From contig CAVYFY010000029.1 of assembly GCA_963767835.1 (NCBI GenBank), forward strand, positions 40,871-104,870: a stretch of 64,000 bases of DNA. Reading direction: 5' to 3'. How positions within the stretch are numbered: position 1 is the first letter of the stretch; each line of letters starts with the position of its first letter. Of this stretch, positions 40,647 through 50,893 are shown piece after piece. The notes beneath the pieces are model-generated. The model was not told where the DNA came from, made no database searches, and saw nothing but the letters and a program-made list of their open reading frames with translations. The translations under genes were made by a program, and so were the position numbers. Origin of the DNA: an uncultured Planctomycetota bacterium (GTDB lineage: Bacteria > Planctomycetota > Planctomycetia > Gemmatales > Gemmataceae).

Positions 40647-42827
40647 CTACCTGCTGATGGGCGCTCCGCCGTAGACCGGGCGGTAATCGCGCAGAATCCA
40701 TCGTATGATCAACTCACGATTCACGTCCGGCAACACCTCGATCATTTTATCGGGAGTCTTTTCATTGGTCTCGCGAAATTCCTGCAAACCGATCTCCGCG
40801 CCGAGGCCGTCTTTGGGCCGAAACGCGGGCATCAGATTTCGCTCGCCATAGCGCGACTTGTGGCCGGGCCGCATGATCATGCCGCGCAGCCAGTCGGCTG
40901 AACCGTAATCGGTGAGATCGGGAGCACCGGGATTATCTTCTTTTTCCCAGTGAACCTTGCCGGCTCCGTCCTTGACGCGCATCTCGACCGAGTGGCAACC
41001 GGAGCATTTATTTTTTCTATCGACAAACGCCATCTGACCGGCATCGATCAGCGGATCATCCTTGCGCAGCTCCTTGGGCGTCTTGCCGATGTACTCGAGC
41101 CAGGCGGCGATTTTGTCGAAATCCTTGTCCTGGGCCGCGGCGTCCACTTTGCCGGCCTTGCGGGCTTTGTCCATGTCTTCGCGCCACTTTTTCATTCGCG
41201 TGAAGCCTTCGATTTTCTTGACGTTGCCGTTGGCGTTCATGACGGGAATGCCTTGCTCGTCGAGTTCGTCGCGCTGGACCAGTCCGAAGTAATGGTTGCT
41301 CAATGGGTTGTCAAGCAATCCGCGGACCCATTCCTTGCTGCCGAAGTTGCCGAGATCGCTGGCGGATTTGCCGACAATGCTCTCGAATTTGAATTTCGTC
41401 TTTTCGTTACTCCTTTTGACAAGGTCGCGTTCCTGGGCGGAAAAGCTGTGGCAAACGGCGCATTTGTTCTTGAAAAGCTGCTGCCCCGTTGTGAAGGGAT
41501 CATTGCGTATGAGGTAATGTCCGCCCTCGACAGGGGAACCATCCATTGCGAGCTGGCAAGCGCGATGTGCGAGTGCTGCGGCCTCTTCGACGCTTTCAAC
41601 GTGGTGCTTGGCCTTGTCGATCGCCTTCTCGTCGCTTTTGTCTTTCATGACGCCCCAGAGAATTCCGTTCGGGCTGTCATCGTCGAAAGCCTTGAGCGTC
41701 AACAGGCCGGCGCCGGCCAGCAAGAAGAACATTACCATGACGCCGAAGAAATGGCCGAAGGTGCGTAAGGGGCCGATGCCGAAGAACGGCAGCAGGATCA
41801 AGAGGATCATGACGCCGTTGGGGATGACGACGGTGCCGTAGATGGCGGAATCGCCGGGGAAATATTTGAGGAGCTGGAAGAGAGCGAGGAAATACCATTC
41901 GGGCCGAGCGGGATAATTGGCGGTGCTGCGATCGGCGGCGGCGTCCAGCTCGGCACCCTTGCCGTAGACTCCGGCGCGCGCGATGGTCTCGTACAGACTT
42001 GGCTCGCTTCCATCCTCATGAGGCGGCGGCTCGACCTTGTGGGCGAAGCCCCACAGCACCAACGTCAGCATGACCGCGAACACTGCCATGCACGCCATCA
42101 TGTCGTAAAAAGCTTGCCGCGGCCAAAAGGTCTCGGCGCCATGCTCGTTCTCCGGCTTGGTGACGAGACCTTCCCGGTTCTCTTTGCAGGTGACGCCATG
42201 CCGGCGGAAGATCGCGATGTGGGCGATGAGGAGCAGGATCAGCGAGCCGGGCAGGATGGCGACGTGCAGGCCGTAGAAGCGCGTGAGGGTGTGATTGCCG
42301 GAATCCGGGCCGGCGACCGCTTGCTGCTTGACTTCGCCGCCTAATTCCGGAAGCGAGCCGGCGATATTGGTGGCGACATCGGTGGCCCAGTAGCCTTTCT
42401 GGTCCCACGGCAGCAGATAGCCGGTGAGGCTCAGGCCGAGCGTGACACTCAACAGGCCGATGCCAAGCCACCAGTTGACTTCGCGCGGCGGCAAATGGGC
42501 GCCGGCAATGACGACTTGGAGCATGTGCAGGCCGATGAGCACCATCATGGTTTGCGAGCCGAAATGGTGCAGGCCGCGGATGAGCCAGCCGAAATCCATC
42601 TTGTACTGGATGAAGTGGACGCTGCTCCAGGCCTGCGAGGCGCTGGGGCTGTACGCGGTCATCAGCATGATGCCGGTGATGAGCTGGATGCTGAAGACGA
42701 AAGCGAGCGTGCTGCCCCAGACATAGCGCCACTTGGCCCCGCCAGGCACGCCTTCGAGGAGCGTCATGGCGACCAGTTTTCGCACGCCGGCGCGGTGATC
42801 CAGCCAATCGAGCAAGCGCGTCATCAC
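40647..42827 (-). CDS. cytochrome b of a bc-type quinol-cytochrome c reductase fused to a C-terminal dihaem cytochrome c domain
   Basis: Cytochrome b haem-ligand helices (GLHHFGSQ, ILLLIAHIAIFRRHG, PEWYFL) and two C-terminal CxxCH (CAVCHS, CSGCHS). Confidence 0.8.
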   Translation of the reverse strand: MMTRLLDWLDHRAGVRKLVAMTLLEGVPGGAKWRYVWGSTLAFVFSIQLITGIMLMTAYSPSASQAWSSVHFIQYKMDFGWLIRGLHHFGSQTMMVLIGLHMLQVVIAGAHLPPREVNWWLGIGLLSVTLGLSLTGYLLPWDQKGYWATDVATNIAGSLPELGGEVKQQAVAGPDSGNHTLTRFYGLHVAILPGSLILLLIAHIAIFRRHGVTCKENREGLVTKPENEHGAETFWPRQAFYDMMACMAVFAVMLTLVLWGFAHKVEPPPHEDGSEPSLYETIARAGVYGKGAELDAAADRSTANYPARPEWYFLALFQLLKYFPGDSAIYGTVVIPNGVMILLILLPFFGIGPLRTFGHFFGVMVMFFLLAGAGLLTLKAFDDDSPNGILWGVMKDKSDEKAIDKAKHHVESVEEAAALAHRACQLAMDGSPVEGGHYLIRNDPFTTGQQLFKNKCAVCHSFSAQERDLVKRSNEKTKFKFESIVGKSASDLGNFGSKEWVRGLLDNPLSNHYFGLVQRDELDEQGIPVMNANGNVKKIEGFTRMKKWREDMDKARKAGKVDAAAQDKDFDKIAAWLEYIGKTPKELRKDDPLIDAGQMAFVDRKNKCSGCHSVEMRVKDGAGKVHWEKEDNPGAPDLTDYGSADWLRGMIMRPGHKSRYGERNLMPAFRPKDGLGAEIGLQEFRETNEKTPDKMIEVLPDVNRELIIRWILRDYRPVYGGAPISR

Positions 42828-42867
42828 GGCAAGTCCTTCGCAGAGGGACGAGGTTCATGGCCGACTA

Positions 42868-43000
42868 ATTCAACGCCTAATCTAGCCACGGATGGAACAC
42901 AGATGAAACACGGATGGGAGAATTTGTAACAGTCCCGATTTCCAAACAGCCAATCCTATCCGTGTTTCATCTGTGTTCCATCCGTGGCTAAATTAAGCGT
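42868..43000. repeat. R4 MITE-like element, copy 2, between the Rieske and cytochrome b genes; its terminal repeat supplies the Rieske stop codon
   Basis: attcaacgcctaatctagccacggatggaacacagatgaaacacggatgg ... ccgtgtttcatctgtgttccatccgtggctaaattaagcgttgg. Confidence 0.8.
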
Positions 43001-43616
43001 TGGCTATCTCCGGTTCGCCGCCGCCGAGCGGGATTTTCTGGGCGTCGTTGGCCTTGTATTTTTTGTAGGTGACTTTAATGCGATTGTGGTCGGGATTGTC
43101 GGGATCGATTTCCCAGGCCAGCGTGTCCATGCCGCGCTGGGCGGGGTTGCCGGCGGCGGCGCGCTTACCGTCAAGCAAAAAGGTGGCGGCATGGCAGGGG
43201 CAGGCAAACCCGGTCGGCCCCGTGTTCACCGAACACCCCAGGTGCGGGCAGATCGTGGTGAAAACCATCAAGTAGGCGCTCTTCTGTTCTTCGGTCAGGT
43301 TGGCGAGATTGGCCGGTTTCGGACCGCGCTGCACCACCCAAACTCGGCCCAGCACGTCATTCGGGTAGAGCGTCCAGCCGTCCATGCGGGTGTCGCGCAC
43401 CACGCCCTGCACCGGCGTGTTGATGGCAAGATCGTCGAGCTTGATCCCCTCGACGAGCCGCATGGCGCTCTTGGGCCCCTTACGATTGCGCGGATCGAGG
43501 AGATAACAAACGATCGGCACGCCGATGATGGCCGAGAAGATGGCGCCGATGCCGAAGATGGCCCAGGCCAACAAGGAACGGCGATGGGGTTGGTCCGCGA
43601 GGAGGTTGTCAGCCAT
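42993..43616 (-). CDS. Rieske [2Fe-2S] iron-sulfur subunit
   Basis: CPHLGC ... CPCH Rieske boxes and an N-terminal TM helix. Confidence 0.8.
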   Translation of the reverse strand: MADNLLADQPHRRSLLAWAIFGIGAIFSAIIGVPIVCYLLDPRNRKGPKSAMRLVEGIKLDDLAINTPVQGVVRDTRMDGWTLYPNDVLGRVWVVQRGPKPANLANLTEEQKSAYLMVFTTICPHLGCSVNTGPTGFACPCHAATFLLDGKRAAAGNPAQRGMDTLAWEIDPDNPDHNRIKVTYKKYKANDAQKIPLGGGEPEIANA

Positions 43617-43767
43617 GGCGGGATCGACTCCGACAGGACGAGCAGGCGGGATCCATTCGCCCGTTATCCTACCTGATGCGCGATCAATGTCAATTGTCGG
43701 CGGCGGGAAATGCCTCCCCGTTTAGCGTTCGCAAGGCGCCATGCGAACACTAAACGCAAGCCGAGAT

Positions 43768-45918
43768 TCACTTGACGCGCTGATCGATTTGTTGTTTCAA
43801 CCAATAATAAGTGCCTCGCCCGCTCCAGTCATGCGACAATAACGCAAGGCGTCGCTGAAATAAAGCCCGAGCGCCATCGTTCATGCCGAGGCGCGGCAAG
43901 ATGTCCCGTACGTTCGTGATCTCATCGCGCAAGAGTCCTTTGGCCTCGACTTGCTCGATTTCGCTTTTGGTTTTTGCGAGATAGGCGTTGGCGGCCTTGA
44001 TGCCATCGGGGTGCGTGTGCACGAGGCACTCGGCGAGGCGCAATTTGGCGTTGAAATAGCGCTGCACATCCAGGTGTAGCGTTTCCAGCAAGCCAACGCG
44101 CATTTCGATGTCATCGGCACGGACGCGCTTGCGCATCTGCTCGAGCCGCTGATCGAAGGTGGATTCCTGGCGGATGCGGGCGAGATAGAACTTGTCCCAG
44201 GCGCTGGCGGCCATGATCCAGCCCTCGTGTGCCCGTGTGAGGGCGGCGTCGCTTGGCTTCGCTTGCCCTCGAAGCGCGGCCTGTGCGCGTTCGGCTTTTT
44301 CGTGGCTTACCTCCGCTTGGCTGCGAGCCAATTCGAAACCGAAATGATCGCGCAGGCCGACTGCCAGAATCTTGGTCGGCACCGAGCGGTCGTGATCTCC
44401 CTTGACGTTCATCTCGCGCAGCTCTCTGTCGATGTCGGCAAGCTTTTTCTCGCTCTCCACATCCCGCATCCAGTGCAGCAGGAAATCTGCGCCCCCCAGG
44501 CTGTCAAGGATCTGCTGGGCCTTGGCGCGCACAGCGGGGTCGCCGGATTCAAGATCTCCTCTGGCGGCGTTCATTTGGGCGATCCACGCGGCGCACTCCT
44601 TTTCGAATGCCTTGTCGCCGGCAAAGGCGTCGGTCTTCACGAGGTAATCAATGCGCTCCTGCCGCTGCCGCATCGTCCCGTATTGGCCGCGCAGGTACAT
44701 TTCGCGTGGCTGCAGATCGAACTTGGTGAAGAAGTCCTCGACAATCCCGAACAGTGGTTTGAGCGCCGCCGGCGGGAGTGACCGAGGGCCAATGTTGATC
44801 TGATCGAAATTGAAGCGGACATTGTCGAATGGCACGCGCGTGTAGGCGATCAAGCCGGCGCGCCCCGTCGTGTCAACTCCGCCCTCAGTCTTTGGCAGAA
44901 ACAGCTCCAGGCAGCGCGTCGGCGATGGGGCGGCCTTGGCCCCTTGAGTCGGCGGATTCCACACCTTGACCGGGATCTCCGTCAGCTTGGCGATCTCCTG
45001 CGCAGCGCGAGCTGATTCTGGTGCAGCGATTCGATCGATCCGGTCGAGCCGATCCTGCAACTCCCGCATGCGCGGCGACAGCGCGTGATCGGGGCCAACC
45101 AGCCACGCCTCCAGCTTCTTCGCTTGCTCCGATGTGATCCGCGACGGCGCAAGCAGCTTCGGATCGGCCTGCGCTTCCTTCAGGGTGGCAATGCTCTTGC
45201 CGTCCTTGCCCCTGACCGCCAGGCCGAGCCGCGGATCGAACAGCAGCACGCCGGACGATTGCGCATCGGGCACGCCGATCAGGAATTGCACAGGATCGGT
45301 GTCCGGCACGACGATCAAGCAGCCGTCCAGCTTTTCTTGCCGCAACAGGGCGAGGCAAACGAGGGAGCGATCCACAGCCCCGCCGTGGCCGCGCCGCAGC
45401 GTGAACGCCGGCGGAATCCAGGTATCGACCTGCTCGTGCAAGAGGACGTTGCGCATCGTCCAGCGGAACAGCGCATTTGCTCTCTTCTCGGCCGTGTCGA
45501 GGCTGGGCGCTTCGAGGGAACGGGCGGCATCGCGCATCAGATAGCATTCATCAAGGTAATGCGCATCGGCGGTGCGGAACTCGGTCGATTCCAACTCGGC
45601 CAGTTCCGCGCTGCTGAGGTGGACTTCGTCGATCAGGTATTTCCGCTCGGCATCGGGGAACTGAAGCCTTGCCATGACGTCAGGTTTGGCGAAATAGCTG
45701 TTGAACTTTGGCAAGAAATCGCGAAAACGCGTCCAGTCATCGGTGGGGCGCGCGAAGCGAAAGGCTTCGCTGGCGTCAGTCCAGACATTGGCTTCCGATC
45801 CTGGGGGCGGAGGAGGAGGCAGCGGCTTGACGGGAGACCGCCGGCAACCGTGCATCATTGCGCAGACCGATGCGATGGATGCGGCCACGAGCAGCGAGCG
45901 GAGCAGATGTGATTTCAT
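43768..45918 (-). CDS. large lipoprotein, hypothetical
   Basis: Lipobox ASVCAMMHGC after MKSHLLRSLLVAASIA, then a poly-Pro linker and a long helical C-terminal region. Confidence 0.55.
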   Translation of the reverse strand: MKSHLLRSLLVAASIASVCAMMHGCRRSPVKPLPPPPPPGSEANVWTDASEAFRFARPTDDWTRFRDFLPKFNSYFAKPDVMARLQFPDAERKYLIDEVHLSSAELAELESTEFRTADAHYLDECYLMRDAARSLEAPSLDTAEKRANALFRWTMRNVLLHEQVDTWIPPAFTLRRGHGGAVDRSLVCLALLRQEKLDGCLIVVPDTDPVQFLIGVPDAQSSGVLLFDPRLGLAVRGKDGKSIATLKEAQADPKLLAPSRITSEQAKKLEAWLVGPDHALSPRMRELQDRLDRIDRIAAPESARAAQEIAKLTEIPVKVWNPPTQGAKAAPSPTRCLELFLPKTEGGVDTTGRAGLIAYTRVPFDNVRFNFDQINIGPRSLPPAALKPLFGIVEDFFTKFDLQPREMYLRGQYGTMRQRQERIDYLVKTDAFAGDKAFEKECAAWIAQMNAARGDLESGDPAVRAKAQQILDSLGGADFLLHWMRDVESEKKLADIDRELREMNVKGDHDRSVPTKILAVGLRDHFGFELARSQAEVSHEKAERAQAALRGQAKPSDAALTRAHEGWIMAASAWDKFYLARIRQESTFDQRLEQMRKRVRADDIEMRVGLLETLHLDVQRYFNAKLRLAECLVHTHPDGIKAANAYLAKTKSEIEQVEAKGLLRDEITNVRDILPRLGMNDGARALFQRRLALLSHDWSGRGTYYWLKQQIDQRVK

Positions 45919-45926
45919 GGTGTCCA

Positions 45927-46748
45927 TTATCCAACGGCCTGGCGGATGCGCAGGCAGCATTCCACGAGGGCGGGGAAATCGTCCAGGGCAATCATATTCG
46001 GCCCGTCGCTGAGCGCCTCGTCGGGGCGCGGGTGCGTTTCGATGAAGACGCCGTCGCAGCCGCAAGCGACCGCCGCCCTCGCAAGAAACGGGACCATGCC
46101 GCGTTCGCCGTCGGAGCGGTCCCCTTTGCCGGCTGGTTTCTGTACGCTGTGGGTGGCGTCAAAGATCACGGGGCAGCCAAATTCTTGCATCATCGGAATG
46201 GCCCGCATGTCGTTGACCAGCTGCCCGTAACCGAAGGTGGAGCCGCGCTCGGTGAGGAGGAGTTGATGATTGCCGACTTCGTCCATCTTGGTGACGACGT
46301 TTTTCATGTCCCACGGGGCCATGAACTGGCCTTTTTTGACATTGATTGGCTTGCCGGTGCGTCCCGCCGCGAGGATGAGATCAGTCTGCCGGGCGAGAAA
46401 CGCGGGGATTTGCAACAGATCGCACGCTTGCCCGGCGGGTTCGGCGTGCCAGCATTCATGGATATCGGTGGTCACTGGCAACCCGGTGCGCTGCCGGGCG
46501 GCTTCCAGCGTCTTCAAGCCTTCGTGCAAGCCCGGCCCGCGAAACGATTTGCCCGAGGTGCGATTGGCCTTGTCGAACGACGCCTTGAACACGAGCGGAA
46601 TCCGCAGCCGCTCAGCAATGGTGGCCAGCTGCTCGGCAATCCACAGCGTCAGATCGTGCGACTCGATCACGCACGGGCCGGCGATCCAGAGCAGCGGTTG
46701 ATCGTGGCCGCAGGCGAGCTTGCCGATGTGGACGATGTTGCGATTCAT
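45927..46748 (-). CDS. kdsA: 3-deoxy-8-phosphooctulonate (KDO-8-P) synthase
   Basis: LLWIAGPCVIES, KASFDKANRTS, GCPVIFDATHSVQ, CGCDGVFIETHP. Confidence 0.85.
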   Translation of the reverse strand: MNRNIVHIGKLACGHDQPLLWIAGPCVIESHDLTLWIAEQLATIAERLRIPLVFKASFDKANRTSGKSFRGPGLHEGLKTLEAARQRTGLPVTTDIHECWHAEPAGQACDLLQIPAFLARQTDLILAAGRTGKPINVKKGQFMAPWDMKNVVTKMDEVGNHQLLLTERGSTFGYGQLVNDMRAIPMMQEFGCPVIFDATHSVQKPAGKGDRSDGERGMVPFLARAAVACGCDGVFIETHPRPDEALSDGPNMIALDDFPALVECCLRIRQAVG

Positions 46749-46809
46749 GATGGTTCCCTCCGTGGATGCATTACTGGCTTGTCACTGCTTGCAATGGGTT
46801 GCTTTCGCG

Positions 46810-47463
46810 TCACGGACATTCGGCCAGTATTTTGTGTGCGCGCTTTATCTCGGAGAGGAATGATTCTTGTCTTTCGATTTTAGCGACAATACCTGGTATC
46901 CCTCGCTGTCCGTGGGCCGTCTTCGTTTTGTTGGCGTGGGCAATCATGGCCTTCCGTTTTGTCGCGTCTGCTATCGAATACAAACTGGCGAGTCCCTTGT
47001 GTTTCTTACGAAGCTCGATGTAGTCATCGAAAAACGACATCGCCAAGTGATCGGCGTTCAATGCCTGAAAGCAGGTTCCCAACCTGAAAAAACAATCCAG
47101 CACCAGAGAGGATGCCCAGTTCATGTCCTCGCCGCATTCATCTTCGTGAAATTTATCAGGGTACATTTCGATCAATGCGTCGTATTTCTTGATCGCTTCT
47201 TTCGGCCGCCCGAGCGCGGCGCAGGCTCCCGCGTAATCCCACAAAACCAAAGGACAGTGCGGAGCGATCACAAAAGCCTTTTTTATTAGCGTGAAAGCCT
47301 TCCGATAATCCTCTTGTTCGTAATAGGTCACGCTTAATCGGTCCAAAAGCCAATGACTGTCGGGAGACTTGCGCAACTCTGGTTCAAGCAGCGCTCTTGC
47401 TTCGGTCCATTTTTCTTGCTCGAAAAGGGAATTAATCCGGTCCGAGAAATCGACTTTTTCCAT
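46810..47463 (-). CDS. TPR-repeat protein (lower-GC segment)
   Basis: TPR-like helices (WTEARALLEPELRKSPD, YRKAFTLIKKAFVIAP, PKEAIKKYDALIEMYP). Confidence 0.55.
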   Translation of the reverse strand: MEKVDFSDRINSLFEQEKWTEARALLEPELRKSPDSHWLLDRLSVTYYEQEDYRKAFTLIKKAFVIAPHCPLVLWDYAGACAALGRPKEAIKKYDALIEMYPDKFHEDECGEDMNWASSLVLDCFFRLGTCFQALNADHLAMSFFDDYIELRKKHKGLASLYSIADATKRKAMIAHANKTKTAHGQRGIPGIVAKIERQESFLSEIKRAHKILAECP

Positions 47464-47481
47464 TGCTCACCCATTCCCTTC

Positions 47482-47625
47482 CTAACCGCGTCTTCTCTTG
47501 CGGCCCTGCGGCTTCCGCCGTTGATCGCCCTTTTCAGATTTCTCTTGATCCTTTTTGCGTCTCGCTTGGCCTTTTTCGTGTTTGCTCTGGGTTGACGGCC
47601 TGGCGTTCTTGAAGTGCTCAGCCAT
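47482..47625 (-). CDS. candidate 47-aa highly basic small protein immediately upstream of the TPR gene
   Basis: Hand translation: MAEHFKNARPSTQSKHEKGQARRKKDQEKSEKGDQRRKPQGRKRRRG. Below the ORF-track threshold, and 18 nt from the TPR start. Confidence 0.3.
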   Translation of the reverse strand: MAEHFKNARPSTQSKHEKGQARRKKDQEKSEKGDQRRKPQGRKRRRG

Positions 47626-47716
47626 GATGGGCGATTCCCGGAACATGGTCTCTTCCACGCCGTTGACAATACCCCAACCGCGCTATTTTTTCAACTCCAC
47701 CGGCCAAGCACCGCCA

Positions 47717-48511
47717 TCACCGTAATCCCCGCTCGCGCAGCAACCGATGGGCCCACGCCTTGTCTGGTTTGTGCAATGCGGGCGCCGGGTCCTTGCGGTA
47801 GTCGATCGACAGATCGTAAGCCCCATGCTCGTAGGCTTCATGGAAGACCTTCCCCAATTCCAACGGAAGGTCTGGATCAGGCCGGCGAAGCGGAATGCCA
47901 ATCGTCGGCAACGGGTCGCGCAGGTTGAAACGCCAATAGCGGGCTTTGCGCTTCTCAGCACGATACTGAAGGACCCGGTAGTCGCTCGGCTGAATGAACG
48001 ATTTCGCAACCGACGGAATGCCCGCACGCAGCAGATCGATTTCGATCCAATGAACGCCCGCTTCGATTGCTTCGCGCCTCTTCTCCAGAAAACTCTTGCG
48101 TCCATTGGATCCCTGGACCTTGTTGGCGGGGCTCACAATCTCGATGATCGCAACCAGGCTGCCGGTCTCGCGATGGCGAATTTCCAACCGGGCCTCCTTG
48201 ATTTCCTCCTCGATCCAGCCGGGAATTTCCTCCGCTTCCGAGATCGCCACCGCGGCGCCATGGCTAACCGTTTGCTTCCGCGCACGCGCTGCTGCCACGG
48301 CTTTCTCGATCCGGACATCGGGGATGATCACCTCGATGCCAGGATCATCCGGATCGGTGACGTAAACGCGAAGCTCAACGCGAGCCACGTAATGCGGGCG
48401 GAGACCTGGATTGAGGGACGCGCGAATTTGGCTGATCAATTCATGATGCAGATCCGGCCAAATGTCAGGGGATTCGAGGTAAGGATCCATTCCGGGGAAC
48501 GGCGATGGCAT
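47717..48511 (-). CDS. DUF4058 family protein (PD-(D/E)XK-like, cyanobacterial/planctomycete type)
   Basis: N-terminal MPSPFPGMDPYLESPDIWPDLHHELI matches the DUF4058 N-terminus. Confidence 0.6.
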   Translation of the reverse strand: MPSPFPGMDPYLESPDIWPDLHHELISQIRASLNPGLRPHYVARVELRVYVTDPDDPGIEVIIPDVRIEKAVAAARARKQTVSHGAAVAISEAEEIPGWIEEEIKEARLEIRHRETGSLVAIIEIVSPANKVQGSNGRKSFLEKRREAIEAGVHWIEIDLLRAGIPSVAKSFIQPSDYRVLQYRAEKRKARYWRFNLRDPLPTIGIPLRRPDPDLPLELGKVFHEAYEHGAYDLSIDYRKDPAPALHKPDKAWAHRLLRERGLR

Positions 48512-48564
48512 GTTGATTCCTCGGATTTATCTTGGACCGATCTTCACAATCGTACCGGATCGCA

Positions 48565-48921
48565 TCATTGCTTCAACTCCACCGGCACTGCGTCGATCTT
48601 GGCGGCGAGGATGAAATCGTTTTCGGTCAGGCCGCCGACCGCGTGGGTCGAGATTTCGATGGTCACGTTGCGATAGCCGACGAGGTGCAAGTCGGGATGA
48701 TGGTCCTCCGTCTCGGCAATGTCGGCGACGTGGTTGAAGAATGTGATCGCCTCCGCGAAATCGCGCACGCGCCATTCACGGCGAATTCGTTTGCCGTCGT
48801 CGGCAAGCTTCCATTGCGGCAGCGAGCCGAGCAAGGCGCGGACCTGGTCCGGCGGCAGGGCCGGCACTCCGGATTCGCAAGAGACGCAACGCTTTTCCCT
48901 CAATTGCGTGGCTGTGGTCAT
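48565..48921 (-). CDS. phhB: 4a-hydroxytetrahydrobiopterin (pterin-4a-carbinolamine) dehydratase
   Basis: WRVRDFAEAITFFNHVADIAETEDHHPDL core. Confidence 0.75.
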   Translation of the reverse strand: MTTATQLREKRCVSCESGVPALPPDQVRALLGSLPQWKLADDGKRIRREWRVRDFAEAITFFNHVADIAETEDHHPDLHLVGYRNVTIEISTHAVGGLTENDFILAAKIDAVPVELKQ

Positions 48922-49342
48922 GGCATTCTCCTTTCGGAAAAATGGGCGAGCCGGGCGAAACCGGTCGCTATTTTCATTCTCGCAGATTGGGCCGAAATGT
49001 CCAAGTCGTTAAAGTCTGCCAGAACCTGGGCGGTTCTTGCCGATTTTATGCGTCGTGCACGCAGACGCACTGTTGGCCACGCCGAAGCATATGAAGGCAG
49101 TGACTGGTGCTGCAATGTGGTTACTGCAGAAAATTCAATAAGGAACGCAAGAAGGCATGAAAGCCAACCATTCCATTCCAGCTTTCCTGCAATCCTTATT
49201 GAATTCGGAATTCGATTCATCTGTGGGGGTGTCGGTCTGTGCGTGCAACGAATCGACGTAAGCCAAGAGCATTTCGGTGCTTGCTGAGCGAGAATTCGTT
49301 GCATCGTCATTTTCCGCGCCGCCTCATCCGTAAAGGCTCCTT

Positions 49343-50484
49343 ATGAAAAGCCTGACTCGCATTACCCTGATCGCGTTGGTTCTAGCCGGCATTTGGCCGA
49401 CGCTGGGCCAGGCCCAATTCAACCAGTATTTTCAGCCGGCCAAGGAAAAGGAAAAGGGGAAAGATGAATTCGACATGATCGGCCTGGTCCGCCGGCTCAA
49501 GGGCCGCATCGTGGACCACACCAACAACCACGGGCAGGACCACCGCATCTGGTCGCGCTCGCTCCATCAATGGCGCGATCTCTACGTCTATCTGCCCCCC
49601 GGCTTCGACCCGCACGAGCGCTATCCGATCGTCTTCTATCTGCATCCGTTCGCTTTCGATGAGCGGACCTTCCTGCGTCTGGTGCCTTTCATTGATGAAG
49701 CGATTGCCAGCGGCAAGCTGCCGCCGCTCATCGTGGCGGCGCCGGACGGATCGCTGGACGGCCAGGGGTGCCTGGAGCGTCCGGGCAGCTTTTTCCTGAA
49801 CACCGGCGCCGGGCCCTACGAAGATTTCCTGATGCAGGACGTGTGGGACTTCGTGTGCAAGCATTATCCGATTCGCCCCGAACGCAATGCCCACGTGCTG
49901 GCCGGCATCTCGATGGGAGGCTTCGCGGCGTTCAATCAAGGCATCCGCCATCGCAACGCGTTCGGCATCGTCGCCGGCATTCATCCGCCACTCAATCTGC
50001 GCTGGGCCGACGTGGACGGCAACCCGCGCGCAAGTTCGACCCGCGCCGTTGGGGCTGGCGCACCGGCTTCGACAGCCCGCACGAAGTCATCGCCAGCTTC
50101 GCCGGCGGCGTCGCCAAAGTCCGCATGGGCCATGTTGTCCGCCCCGTCTTCGGCGAAGGGGATGAAGCGCTCCTCAACATCGCCGCCAACAATCCGCTCG
50201 AACTGGTCCTCTCGACCGGCCTGCGCAACGGCGAGCTATCGATGTTCGTCGGCTACGGCGGCCGCGATGAATTCAACATCGACGCCCAGGTCGATAGCTT
50301 CCTCTACTACTGCAAATTCCGTGGCCTGGGCATCGCCGTCGCCTTCGAACCCGACGGCCGTCACGATGGGATCACGGCTTTGAAGATGCTGCCGGCGTTG
50401 TTCCGCTGGCTCGGCCCACAGCTCGAACCATATGCGCCAGGTGCGCCAGGTTCGGGCCGATGCAGCGCGGGCTGCTTGCCGTGA
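49343..50484 (+). CDS. secreted esterase (alpha/beta hydrolase, putative-esterase/PF00756-like); frame break near 50020-50050
   Basis: Signal peptide; RYPIVFYLHP; GxSxG GISMGGFAA; the C-terminal half sits in ORF 49768..50484. Confidence 0.65.
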
Positions 50485-50486
50485 CA

Positions 50487-50590
50487 TTAATTCAAAGATT
50501 TAGCCACGGATGGAACACAGATTGAACACGGATGAAAATCCCGGAGCGCATGCCAGGTTCTTGCCATCCGTGTTCAATCTGTACTACAAA
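50487..50590. repeat. R4 MITE-like element, copy 3 (right arm truncated/degenerate)
   Basis: atttagccacggatggaacacagattgaacacggatg ... catccgtgttcaatctgtactaca. Confidence 0.7.
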
Positions 50591-50604
50591 CGGTTCATTT
50601 CTTG

Positions 50605-50864
50605 ACCTGCCTCACGCGGCTCGACTGGCGGCGGCGCTTTCGACCAGATCGAGCAATGCGCCGACCGTTTTTGATCGAATCCTGGGGCAACTCGACGAAG
50701 TTCGGAATCGGTGCCAGGAGATGCGTTTTGGGCAATTGATCGCGACCATTGGCATGCTTGCCGAGGATGAGACGGGGCATTCTCTGTGGGATGTCGAGGA
50801 CGCCGATTTCGCCGCGGCCCTGGAACGCTTCGCTGGTGACTTGGCGCGCCGAGGGTCATCTTGA
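50605..50864 (+). CDS. small protein with C-terminal similarity to the ParD-like protein at 30135 (start uncertain)
   Basis: FGQLIATIGMLAEDETGHSLWDVED vs FMQLLIADALENQETGFSEAE. Same position and stop/start overlap relative to the paralogous downstream gene. Confidence 0.3.
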
Positions 50865-50893
50865 CGAGGCAGAGCGCGCCGGGTAGCGTGGGA

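Noticed and set aside
45085-45912. 275-aa plus-strand ORF
   Set aside because: Antisense to the 43768..45918 lipoprotein gene, with no independent signals.
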